Part shown: positions 34,212 to 43,200 of the stretch, piece after piece | Layout of the letters: each line of letters opens with the position of its first letter | Position numbering within the stretch: the first letter of the stretch is position 1 | Translations under genes and position numbers: made by a program | Source: a bacterium | GTDB taxonomy: Bacteria; Patescibacteriota; Minisyncoccia; Minisyncoccales; CG1-02-41-26 | Direction: 5' to 3' | Assembly (NCBI GenBank): GCA_021162885.1 | Contig: JAGGXV010000024.1 | Location: 1,024-65,023 of the forward strand | Length of the DNA stretch: 64,000 nucleotides | The notes under the pieces: model-generated | Told to the model about the DNA's origin: nothing | The model's database searches: none | Seen by the model: the letters and a program-made list of their open reading frames with translations, nothing else

Positions 34212-35526
34212 AAGAACTTTATTAATTCTGATTTTGGTGGTGTTTTGTGGGGGAGGAATTTTTGGAAGTTTTTATGGAAAAGACATTTGGCAGGAATTAA
34301 AATATATTGGTATTGAAATAAACAATTATTTAAAAATTTTTCCGGAAATAGAACTTCCGGTTAAAAATGAGATTTCTCAATCACAGCCTCACGCTGATTC
34401 CGAACAAAAACAAGTTCAGCCTCCAGAGTATGTTCCTCAAACCTCTCAAGAGGAAGCAGTAATCAGGGTGGTTCGAGAGGTTTCACCGGCTGTGGTCAGT
34501 ATTATTATTACTAAAGATTTACCGGTTTATGAAGAATATTACGAAAATCCTTTTGAAGAATTTTTTGGGGAAGGAATTCCCTTTGAGTTTAAAGTTCCAA
34601 AATATCGTCAAAAAGGGACCGAGAAGCAAGAAATTGGTGGGGGAACCGGCTTTATTATCTCAGCCGATGGTATGATTTTAACCAACAAACATGTGGTCTC
34701 TGATACCCAAGCCGATTACACTGTTCTCACCAATGATGGGAAAAAATATCCGGCCAAAGTTTTAGCCCGCGACCCTTTTCAAGATTTAGCTATTCTCAAA
34801 ATTGAAAAAGAAAAACTAATTGACAAAGAGGGAGAATTTCTCCAGAAACCTTTTACCGTAGTCCATCTTGGTGATTCGGAAAACCTGCAGATTGGCCAAA
34901 CAGTCATTGCCATTGGCAATGCTTTGGGAGAATTCCGCAACACTGTTTCGGTTGGGGTAATTTCTGGACTTGGTAGGACCATTACGGCCTCTGGTGGAGG
35001 AATAGTGGAAACTTTAGAAGATGTTATTCAGACAGATGCCGCTATTAATCGAGGGAATTCCGGAGGTCCTCTTTTGAATTTGAAAGGAGAGGTTATCGGA
35101 GTCAATGTGGCAATGGCTCAAGCTGCCCAAAACATTGGTTTTGCCATTCCTATAAATAAAGCCAAAAAAGACATTGAGCAGGTTAAGACAATTGGTAAAA
35201 TTGTCTACCCTTTTTTGGGAGTAAGATATGTTTTGATAACCAAAGAACTTCAAAAAGAGAGAAATCTTAAAGTTGATTATGGTGCATTAATAGTAGGCGG
35301 AGAAACTCCTCAAGAGCCGGCTATTGTTCCCGGTTCTCAAGCCGAAAAAGCAGGTTTACGGGAAGGCGACATCATTTTGGAGGTTGATGGAGAAAAGATT
35401 ACTTTGCAAAATTCTTTAGCTAAAATTATCCGAGCCTACAATCCCGGAGATAAATTGGTTTTGAAAATTTTAAGAGGCGATAAAGAAATAACAATTGAAG
35501 CAACTCTCGGCGAAAAAACCAGCTAA
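34195..35526 (+). CDS. htrA: HtrA/DegP-type serine protease with PDZ domain
   Basis: Catalytic triad context TNKHVV, DLAILKI and GNSGGPLLN. C-terminal PDZ (GLREGDIILEVDG). Confidence 0.9.
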   Translation: MMKKIKRTLLILILVVFCGGGIFGSFYGKDIWQELKYIGIEINNYLKIFPEIELPVKNEISQSQPHADSEQKQVQPPEYVPQTSQEEAVIRVVREVSPAVVSIIITKDLPVYEEYYENPFEEFFGEGIPFEFKVPKYRQKGTEKQEIGGGTGFIISADGMILTNKHVVSDTQADYTVLTNDGKKYPAKVLARDPFQDLAILKIEKEKLIDKEGEFLQKPFTVVHLGDSENLQIGQTVIAIGNALGEFRNTVSVGVISGLGRTITASGGGIVETLEDVIQTDAAINRGNSGGPLLNLKGEVIGVNVAMAQAAQNIGFAIPINKAKKDIEQVKTIGKIVYPFLGVRYVLITKELQKERNLKVDYGALIVGGETPQEPAIVPGSQAEKAGLREGDIILEVDGEKITLQNSLAKIIRAYNPGDKLVLKILRGDKEITIEATLGEKTS

Positions 35527-35559
35527 TCTAAGATAAACGAGATAAGCTCTTTGTGAGAA

Positions 35560-35587
35560 TTGACATCGGTCTAAAATTTTCTATTAT
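35560..35587 (+). promoter_or_regulatory. sigma70-type promoter upstream of clpB
   Basis: TTGACA (35560-35565), 16-nt spacer, TATTAT (35582-35587). Followed by the reiterated words TGTATAAA TGTATATAA GTATATAG. Confidence 0.55.
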
Positions 35588-35620
35588 ATAATGTATAAAT
35601 GTATATAAGTATATAGTGTT

Positions 35621-38356
35621 ATGTCACCATTTGTTCAAGGTGGGGATTTTACCCACAAATCACAAGAGGCAATAATGAAGGCTCAATCGATTGCCAGAGA
35701 TTATGGGCATCGACAAATAGATGCTTTGCATTTGCTTTTGGCTCTCTTACAGCAAGAAGAGAGTATAGTTTTAACTTTGCTGGAAAAACTTCAGATTGAC
35801 ATTGAGGATTTAAAAAGAAAAACTAAAAATCAGATTAAGCTAATTCCTCCAGTTGCCAGGCAAGAAACCCTAGGCCAGTTTTACCTAACTCAAGATATGG
35901 CTCAGGTTTTAGACAAAGCTCGGGAAGAGGCAATGAGAATGGGTGACGAATTTATTTCCATTGAACATCTGTTTTTAGGGCTTTTAACAGCAAACACTTC
36001 AGCCCGAGAAATTTTGCAAAGAACCAATTCTTTAAGAAGAGAACCAGTTGCGCTTGAGCCAGAGAATTTTCTTCGTCTCTTGGCTGAAATTCGGGGTGAA
36101 GAAAAAATTACCGATCCCAATCCTGAGTCAAAATATGAAGTGGTTAAAAAATATACCAGGAACCTGACAGCCTTAGCCAGGGAAAGAAAATTGGATCCGG
36201 TCATCGGTCGGGAGAAAGAGATTAAAAGAGTGATGCAGGTTTTGTCAAGGCGAACCAAAAACAACCCAGTTCTCATTGGAGAGGCCGGAGTTGGTAAAAC
36301 TGCCATTTGCGAAGGTCTAGCCAAAAAAATCGCCTCTGACAATGTTCCTGAAAGTTTGAAAGGCAAAGAGATAATTGCTTTAGATTTGGGGGCTTTGGTG
36401 GCTGGCACCAAATACCGGGGAGAGTTTGAATCGAGAATTAAAGCTCTGTTACGAGAGATTCAAAAAGCCAAAGAGCGTTATATTTTGTTTATTGACGAAC
36501 TTCATACTTTGGTTGGAGCAGGAGCGGCTGAAGGAGCCATCGATGCTTCCAATCTTTTAAAACCAGCTTTAGCCCGAGGCGAACTTCGAGCTATCGGAGC
36601 TACCACCTTGAAAGAATATCAAAAATATATTGAGAAGGACCCCGCCCTGGAAAGAAGATTCCAACCAATTTATGTTGCTGAACCATCGGTTGAGGATACC
36701 ATAGCCATTTTACGAGGTCTCAAAGAAAAATATGAACTTCATCATGGAGTGCGCATTAAAGATTCCGCCCTCAAAGCAGCAGCCGAACTCAGTAATCGCT
36801 ATATTCCAGATAGGTTTTTGCCTGACAAAGCGGTTGATTTAATGGATGAAGCAGCTTCTGGTTTGAAATTGGAGATTGAATCTGCTCCGGCCGAGTTAGA
36901 TCAACTTGACCAAGAGATTCGAAAACTTGAGATTGAAAAACAAGCAATAATCGCAGACTACAATCCTCCCATTACCCAAAAAGAGAAAGAAGAATATAGA
37001 GGTAATCAAAAAAAGATGCGGGTTCTTCAAAGGAAGCTGGCTGATTTGAAAGAAAAAGCTCAAAATTTGCGAGCCAAATGGTTATCAGAAAAAGAACTAA
37101 TTACCAAAATTAAAAATCTCAAAAAAGAAATTGACAGGATCAGCGATGAAATTGAATTGGCTCAAAGAAGGGCTGACCTTCAGAAGATGGCGGAATTGAA
37201 ATATGGCAAGATTCCTCAATTGAAAAAGACCTTAGCAACTGAGGAAAGAAAATTGCGCCATCTCCAAAAAAAGAGTCACTTACTCAAACAAGAAGTGACC
37301 GAAGAGGATGTGGCTGAGGTAGTTTCTCGTTGGACTGGCATACCGGTGACGCGACTGATAGAAGAAGAAGCTATCAAATTGGAAAAAATGGAAGAAAGAT
37401 TAAAAAAGCGAGTGGTTGGCCAAGAAGAGGGCATTAAAGCTTTAGCCAATGCTATCCGGCGAGGTAGAAGTGGCATTTCTGAAGAAAACCGACCTATAGG
37501 AGTATTTCTCTTTTTGGGTCCTACCGGAGTTGGCAAGACCGAGACCGCCAGAGCCTTAGCTGACTTTTTATTCAATGACGAAAAAGCTCTAATCAGATTG
37601 GATATGTCAGAATATATGGAGCGTCACAGCATTTCCAAAATTATCGGCTCCCCACCTGGTTATGTTGGTTATGATGAAGGAGGTCAGTTAACCGAGAAAA
37701 TCCGGAGAAGACCGTATAGTGTTATTCTACTTGATGAGATTGAAAAAGCTCACCCCGAAGTTTTTAATATTTTGCTTCAGATTTTTGAAGATGGTAGAGT
37801 GACTGATGCCAAAGGGAGGGTGGTCTCTTTTAAAAATTCAGTTATTATTATGACCAGCAACGTTGGTTCAGCCTACATTTCCCAGATGCGGCCTTTGGGT
37901 TTTGAAGGTAGCCAAGATAAAATTCCCGCCCGGGAATCTCTAAAGAGGAAAATTCAAGAATCTCTAAAAGAATCTTTCTTGCCAGAATTTTTGAATAGAA
38001 TAGATGAGATTATTATTTTTAACTATCTTGGCAAAAAAGAGCTTAAGAAGATTGTGGCTCTTGAACTTCAAAAACTTAAAGATAGATTAGAAAGAGCCAA
38101 ACAAATTAAGATCAGATTCTCTCCAAAATTGCAAGAGGTTTTAGCCCAAAAAGGTTTTGACCCAAATTTGGGCGCTCGTCCTCTACGGAGAGTTATCCAA
38201 AGATTAATCTTAAACCCCTTGTCTTTGAAAATTATTACCGCCGAACTCCAGGAAGGGGATAGAGTTTTGGCTGATTTTGACAAAGGAGAGGTGATTTTTC
38301 AGGTTGTCAGCGCTCGTACTCGGCGCAAAAGAGAGAAAGTTTCCTCAACTCATTAA
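35621..38356 (+). CDS. clpB: ATP-dependent chaperone/disaggregase ClpB
   Basis: Clp_N repeats, two AAA+ modules (GEAGVGKTA; GPTGVGKTE) and a long coiled-coil middle domain. Confidence 0.95.
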   Translation: MSPFVQGGDFTHKSQEAIMKAQSIARDYGHRQIDALHLLLALLQQEESIVLTLLEKLQIDIEDLKRKTKNQIKLIPPVARQETLGQFYLTQDMAQVLDKAREEAMRMGDEFISIEHLFLGLLTANTSAREILQRTNSLRREPVALEPENFLRLLAEIRGEEKITDPNPESKYEVVKKYTRNLTALARERKLDPVIGREKEIKRVMQVLSRRTKNNPVLIGEAGVGKTAICEGLAKKIASDNVPESLKGKEIIALDLGALVAGTKYRGEFESRIKALLREIQKAKERYILFIDELHTLVGAGAAEGAIDASNLLKPALARGELRAIGATTLKEYQKYIEKDPALERRFQPIYVAEPSVEDTIAILRGLKEKYELHHGVRIKDSALKAAAELSNRYIPDRFLPDKAVDLMDEAASGLKLEIESAPAELDQLDQEIRKLEIEKQAIIADYNPPITQKEKEEYRGNQKKMRVLQRKLADLKEKAQNLRAKWLSEKELITKIKNLKKEIDRISDEIELAQRRADLQKMAELKYGKIPQLKKTLATEERKLRHLQKKSHLLKQEVTEEDVAEVVSRWTGIPVTRLIEEEAIKLEKMEERLKKRVVGQEEGIKALANAIRRGRSGISEENRPIGVFLFLGPTGVGKTETARALADFLFNDEKALIRLDMSEYMERHSISKIIGSPPGYVGYDEGGQLTEKIRRRPYSVILLDEIEKAHPEVFNILLQIFEDGRVTDAKGRVVSFKNSVIIMTSNVGSAYISQMRPLGFEGSQDKIPARESLKRKIQESLKESFLPEFLNRIDEIIIFNYLGKKELKKIVALELQKLKDRLERAKQIKIRFSPKLQEVLAQKGFDPNLGARPLRRVIQRLILNPLSLKIITAELQEGDRVLADFDKGEVIFQVVSARTRRKREKVSSTH

Positions 38357-38375
38357 TAATCATTGATTGATACCG

Positions 38376-39116
38376 ATGAAAAAAGCTGCTTTAAAAGTTA
38401 TTGGCATTTTAATTTTGGGAGCAATTGGGGGAATTATCTCCCAAATTTTTTTAGTGCCTTATTTAATGCAAATTCCCATTTTTGGCGAATCTGAAATTTT
38501 TAAAAATTTAAAAAGAGAGATAATTATTAATCCTACAAGAGAAATAGTTATTAAAGAAAGTGGAGCCCTGGAAAAAGTGGTTGAGCAAGTAGCCCCGGCT
38601 GTTTTGAATTTAAGTTTTGGATCTCCAGTTCCAGAAAGACAAGATAATGCTTGCGGTTTTTCTTTAACTTCCGATGGCCAAGTTTTAACCAGAGCAAGTT
38701 TTTTGGCTACTCTTACTCCAAAAAAAAGCGGGAATTTTATTCTAGTTGACGGTCAAGAGACTAATTTCCAAGTTTTGAAAAAAGATTTGAAGCTTGATTT
38801 AGCATTAATAAAAATCGAAAAAAGCAATTTAAAAACCATTCCTTTTTTTGACTTTGAAAAACTGAAAGTGGGCACTTCAGTTTTTTTAATTGGTACTGGG
38901 GAAGTAGTGAATCAGGGAATTGTTAGAACCTTAGCCAAAGACAATCTCCATTTGGGGACAGTTCTTATTGGAACTAATATTATAGAAAAAGAGAATTTTT
39001 CTGGCTGTCCTTTGTTCACTTTGGAAGGTAAATTTTTAGGACTAGTGAAAACCAATAAAGTAGGGGAGGTCTTTGCTATTCCGGTAACCAAAATCCGCTC
39101 CTTCACCGGTCTCTAA
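38376..39116 (+). CDS. membrane-anchored trypsin-fold (HtrA-like) protein lacking the catalytic His
   Basis: Aligns by eye to the protease domain of the HtrA at 34195. GQVLTRASFL replaces GMILTNKHVV (His to Ser), while LDLALIKI (Asp) and FSGCPLF (Ser) are retained. No PDZ domain. Confidence 0.55.
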   Translation: MKKAALKVIGILILGAIGGIISQIFLVPYLMQIPIFGESEIFKNLKREIIINPTREIVIKESGALEKVVEQVAPAVLNLSFGSPVPERQDNACGFSLTSDGQVLTRASFLATLTPKKSGNFILVDGQETNFQVLKKDLKLDLALIKIEKSNLKTIPFFDFEKLKVGTSVFLIGTGEVVNQGIVRTLAKDNLHLGTVLIGTNIIEKENFSGCPLFTLEGKFLGLVKTNKVGEVFAIPVTKIRSFTGL

Positions 39117-39255
39117 CCAAAAAGAAGGGTTGGGTTTGTTGTCTTATTTATTTTCAGATAAATTCAGTTACCGTCTTGCTTATTTCAACAAAACCCGGCT
39201 TTCCTTTGTCAAAAGAGAAAAGAGTACCTAAGAATGCCTTATATAAAATGCCATC

Positions 39256-39360
39256 TTCTGCTAACACAAATTCAGTTAAGCAAATTCAGTTAGCCAAATT
39301 CTGCTAAAACAAATGCTACTAGAACAAATTCTACTGATTCTACTGACACAAAAACAAACC
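39256..39360. repeat. degenerate 13-16-nt tandem repeat array in a 314-bp non-coding gap
   Basis: CAAATTCAGTTAAG CAAATTCAGTTAGC CAAATTCTGCTAAAA CAAATGCTACTAGAA CAAATTCTACTGATTCTACTGACA CAAAAACAAACC. An extra copy, AAATTCAGTTA, sits at 39159-39170. Confidence 0.8.
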
Positions 39361-39367
39361 CATCACT

Positions 39368-39426
39368 CTTTTCTTTATTAACATACGGCCGTATGATTCT
39401 AAAGAAAAGTTTTTGTTTTCTTTTTT
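39368..39426 (+). terminator. 42-nt palindromic element (TACGGCCGTA core) with T-run; plus-strand terminator
   Basis: CTTTTCTTTATTAACATACGG|CCGTATGATTCTAAAGAAAAG (18/21 arm matches) followed by TTTTTGTTTTCTTTTTT. Confidence 0.7.
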
Positions 39427-39430
39427 AGAT

Positions 39431-40207
39431 TTATTGTTTAATCAATTGAAAAAGCCAAAGATTCTTGATTAGTTGATGGGCTTTATTGCCCGCCCATCTC
39501 TCTGGCAGAAGTTCTTTCGGTAATTGAGGGTCCTTGCTTAGAATTTGGAGATATCTCATTTGTAGAAAACCCCTTTCTTTCTTATTGTGAGTTCTTTTCC
39601 AATCTGAAATAAACTTTTGATATTTTTTATTTAACTCATTGAGTTTCCAAATTTTTTCAGCCAATTCTCGAGAAGTGTCTCTGCCAATTTTATTGGTTTG
39701 AGAAAAAATTACATAGGGTTCTAATTGGTAATTAAAAATTATTTTTTCTAAAACTGGTAAGTAATTTATTGGAGAAATCCAAACACTTTGTTGAAGTTGG
39801 CCGAAACCTAGCTTTTTTAATTTCTCTCTTAAAATATCTCGTTTTCTGTGCAGTTTCTCGGGAATATCAAATATGACCAGATACCAGTTTTTATCCCATT
39901 TCTTTTGAGGTGAAAGGATTGGCAAAATACTTTTTAATTTCTTTTTGCCTGCCTTAGTCAGTTTTAATTCGTTTTTGAGCCAACCATGACTTTTTGCTCG
40001 ATAAAGAGCTCTCTGGATTTCTTTTTTATGTATACCCAAAGCAGTATTAGAGAGTACCTTTTGAACATTGGACATACTGTAACCACCGGGAGGAATAGTT
40101 AAGAGTTCTCCTAATATCTCCAGGTTAAATAACACGTAATCGATAATTGTGGTGAGAACCCCAGAAGTTGCTTTTGAAATTTTTTCTTTCGTTTTTGTTT
40201 TGCTCAT
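39431..40207 (-). CDS. PaaX-like (Cas2-fold-like) putative transcriptional regulator
   Basis: Motif WYLVIFDIPEKLHRKRDILREKLKKLGFGQLQQSVWISP is typical of the PaaX-family C-terminal region. ATG at 40207 is preferred to the TTG at 40231. Confidence 0.55.
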   Translation of the reverse strand: MSKTKTKEKISKATSGVLTTIIDYVLFNLEILGELLTIPPGGYSMSNVQKVLSNTALGIHKKEIQRALYRAKSHGWLKNELKLTKAGKKKLKSILPILSPQKKWDKNWYLVIFDIPEKLHRKRDILREKLKKLGFGQLQQSVWISPINYLPVLEKIIFNYQLEPYVIFSQTNKIGRDTSRELAEKIWKLNELNKKYQKFISDWKRTHNKKERGFLQMRYLQILSKDPQLPKELLPERWAGNKAHQLIKNLWLFQLIKQ

Positions 40208-40222
40208 AAGAGAATAAGTCTT

Positions 40223-40254
40223 CTTTATCAAGCTACGGCCGTGTATTAATAAAG
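40223..40254. repeat. second copy of the TACGGCCGT palindromic element
   Basis: CTTTATCAAGCTACGG|CCGTGTATTAATAAAG. Shares TTCTTTATyAAsmTACGGCCGT with 39369-39392. Confidence 0.75.
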
Positions 40255-40284
40255 GAGATTTTATAGAAAATTGCTTTTTGTTTT

Positions 40285-43200
40285 TTATTTACCAATGGCA
40301 AAAAGAGTGGCAGAAGTTGGTGCATACAAAGTGCTATCTTCAGCCAGGGCAAAGGGGAAAATAAAGTAGTTGGGATAACCTCCCCCATAGTATTGCCAAA
40401 TTTCATTACCTCCAGAATTCAGACCGATTATTCTTGTGGCAGAATTTCCAGAATTTCCAAAAAGATTTTCATCCGAATCAATTAATCGCAAAGTAGTAGC
40501 CAAAGATGAGGTTGAGCTGAGAAGTTGCCCTGTTTTATAGAAAGAGTAAAGGTAATGGTTTGATTCACAATTCATACCGCCTTCAAAAATTGTTTTTAAG
40601 TATAAATTATTTTGACCAATTAAGACGAATGTTTTGCCAGTGCCAAGGTTTTGCTGCCATTTAATTTCCCCGCCACTTAAAGTGGTGGTGGCAGGATTGA
40701 TTGAATCGGGGTCAATTGCATATAACCTGTCAGCACAGTAGGAACACCAGCTGGTTTGGATATGATGAGCGCCTTTAAGTAGAAAATAGATTGTTCCATC
40801 ATTGCTAGTCAAAGAGAAGATTGAGTTTGGATAATTTCCCTGGCAGTTTGGGTGAAGGTTAAATTCTTTTTGCCATTTTAAATTTCCCTGAGAACTAAAA
40901 GCAAAAAGGGTTTTATCAAAACTAATATAGATTGTTCCATCTTGACTGATAACTGGCGAAGAAGCTGGGTCGGTGGTATTTTCTTGAGTCAAAGCAAAAG
41001 CCCAAATTACATTTCCATTATCTGAATTGATGGCGATTAAAAAAGGTTGAGTGTTGGTGCCAATTTGCTGAGGAGCAGCATAATATAGAGTATTATTTGA
41101 AATTGCCAAATTAACATTATGATAAATAGTGCTATTTGAGCTGAAAGAAGTGTTAATTGTTTTTTGCCATTTTAGTTCTCCAGCTGGAGAGAGGGCTAAA
41201 ATTTTGTTGCCGAGAGTTATTATATAAACTGTGCCATCTTTACCAATCATAGGTGGTTGGAGAACTCGCCCACTGGCGGTGGAGTAGTGCCATTTTAAGA
41301 TTCCATTTTCTGTTAAAGCTACGAGTCCATCAGTGGTCCCAATATAAATTGTTCCGTTTTGGTCGATAGCAGTTCCTGTCCAAAATTGAGATACTCCTGC
41401 CTCAGTAGCATTAAACTGCCATTTAATAGTAGAAGTAGTAGGGCCTTGATAAGGACTTCGGAAAGTGCGCTGGGAATTGTAGCCAAACATTTGCCATTGA
41501 GGAATCTCTGGAGCAATGAATAGGGGAGTAGTTGTTGAGAGTTCTGACCAATTAAGTCCATCAAAAGCTCGGATACCAAAGTAATAAGTTGAATCGTAAT
41601 AGAGGTCTTGGAGAGTCAAATTAGTGGTGGTTGTCGTGGCTGAGGCAGTGGTTGAGGTAGATAAAGTGTTGGTAGTGATTGGTTGAACTTTTGAATAATA
41701 TATAATGTAAGAAATACTTGAGCTGGGAGTGTCGGGGTCAGAAGAAGTTGACCAGGTTAAAATAACTTGGTTGTCAGAGCTGGTGGCAATTTGGAAATTT
41801 TCAACTTTGCCAGGTGATTGGAGATTGCCAGTTTCGCCTTTTGAATTGGTTGGAGTCGGAAAGTCAATTTCAAAATCAGTTGAGTTGTTATCTGAGTCAA
41901 TGTATTTTTCATTTTGATTTTTCTTTCTTCGGAATGATTTTTCTTCAATATCGCTTTTTTTGAAAGAAAATGGCGTGCCTTCATAAACTTTAGTGCTGGT
42001 TGAGCCATCTTTTTTCCAACTGAAAAGGTCAATTTTGCAACTTTTGGTAGTGGTGCTGACTGAAGGGTTACACTTAAAAATTCCAATAGCTCCACCTTTA
42101 TCGGCAAGTTGCCCTTGTTTATAAGGGTGGCCAGATTTAGTTAAAAGTGTCCAATCGGCTTGTGGATACCCACTTTCAGTAGAAGTAGGATAATTAGAAA
42201 CGCCGATAAGATAATGTTTGTTTGCTTCAATCACAGTACTTGTTGGAAACTCCCAGCAAATTTTAGGATCATTCCACTGGTTGTTTTGAGAATAAGCACA
42301 TAAATACCAGCCGTTGGTTGAGTCAGGTTCTGAGACAGGATTGTAAAGTTCGACAAATTCTTCCTTTTGAATTTGGACTTCTGAAATTATTACACTTTGA
42401 GCAACTTTCGGTTCTTGTTTTTCAACAACCTGAATGGCAGTAGAAGTGCTACTGGTTGCTCCTTTATCGTCGCTAACAACGAGGGTAATTTGGAACTGGC
42501 TTGAAGTTGAAAAAGAGTGAGTGGTTGTTGCTTGAATGGTTGTTGCTGAATTACCATCGCCAAAGTCCCAAGTAAAAGAGATAATTTGACCATCGGGGTC
42601 GGTGGAAGAAGCAGCATTAAACAATATTTCCTGATTAACCTGAGGATTTTGAGGGAAGTAGGTGAAAGTAGCAACTGGGAGTTGGTTTTCTTCAGGGAAA
42701 CTGTTTGCCTGGCCAGGAGTGGGGGGAGCTGGTTTCCAATTGGTCGGTTCATTGGAAGTTGCGGTAGGGTCAATTTTTTGTAAAGAATTTCCGTCTCCAT
42801 TTGCTCCCCAGTTGGAAGAATAAGCGAGTTGGTCGCAAACAAGGTCTTTATTTTTAAGGGATAAACTTTCTCCAGTGTTATTAAGAGAAAAAGAGCTGTC
42901 AAAAAGGGTTCCAGAGTAGTTGGGATAATCTTTTAAAAATTCATCGCTATCATTAGCAATAACTGCATATTCAGCGGCTGAGAGGGAACTGGTTCCTTGA
43001 ACCAAGTTTAAATTATGATTGGTTTCTGCTTCGCAAAATTTCCAATCAGTTAAGTCAACCTCCGTGTCAGTAGCATTAAAAATTTCTATCCATTCTCGAC
43101 CTTCATCATTTCCCTCCAGATTATACATAATTTCGTTGATTAGAATTGGGAAACATTTTGGAGAGGGTTGTTCAGTCGGTTGTTCTGAAGAAGGAGGAGT

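Noticed and set aside
39256-39360. Tandem array next to a protein with a Cas2-like motif; considered as a degenerate CRISPR locus.
   Set aside because: The units are 13-16 nt, contiguous and mutually degenerate, with no unique spacers. No cas genes are in the window. The neighbouring protein fits the PaaX-like regulator pattern better than Cas2.
39368-40254. Calling the inverted-repeat-bracketed PaaX-like gene an insertion sequence or mobile element.
   Set aside because: There is no transposase or recombinase, no visible target-site duplication, and the repeats are themselves terminator/operator-like palindromes. It is reported as a finding, not as a mobile-element feature.
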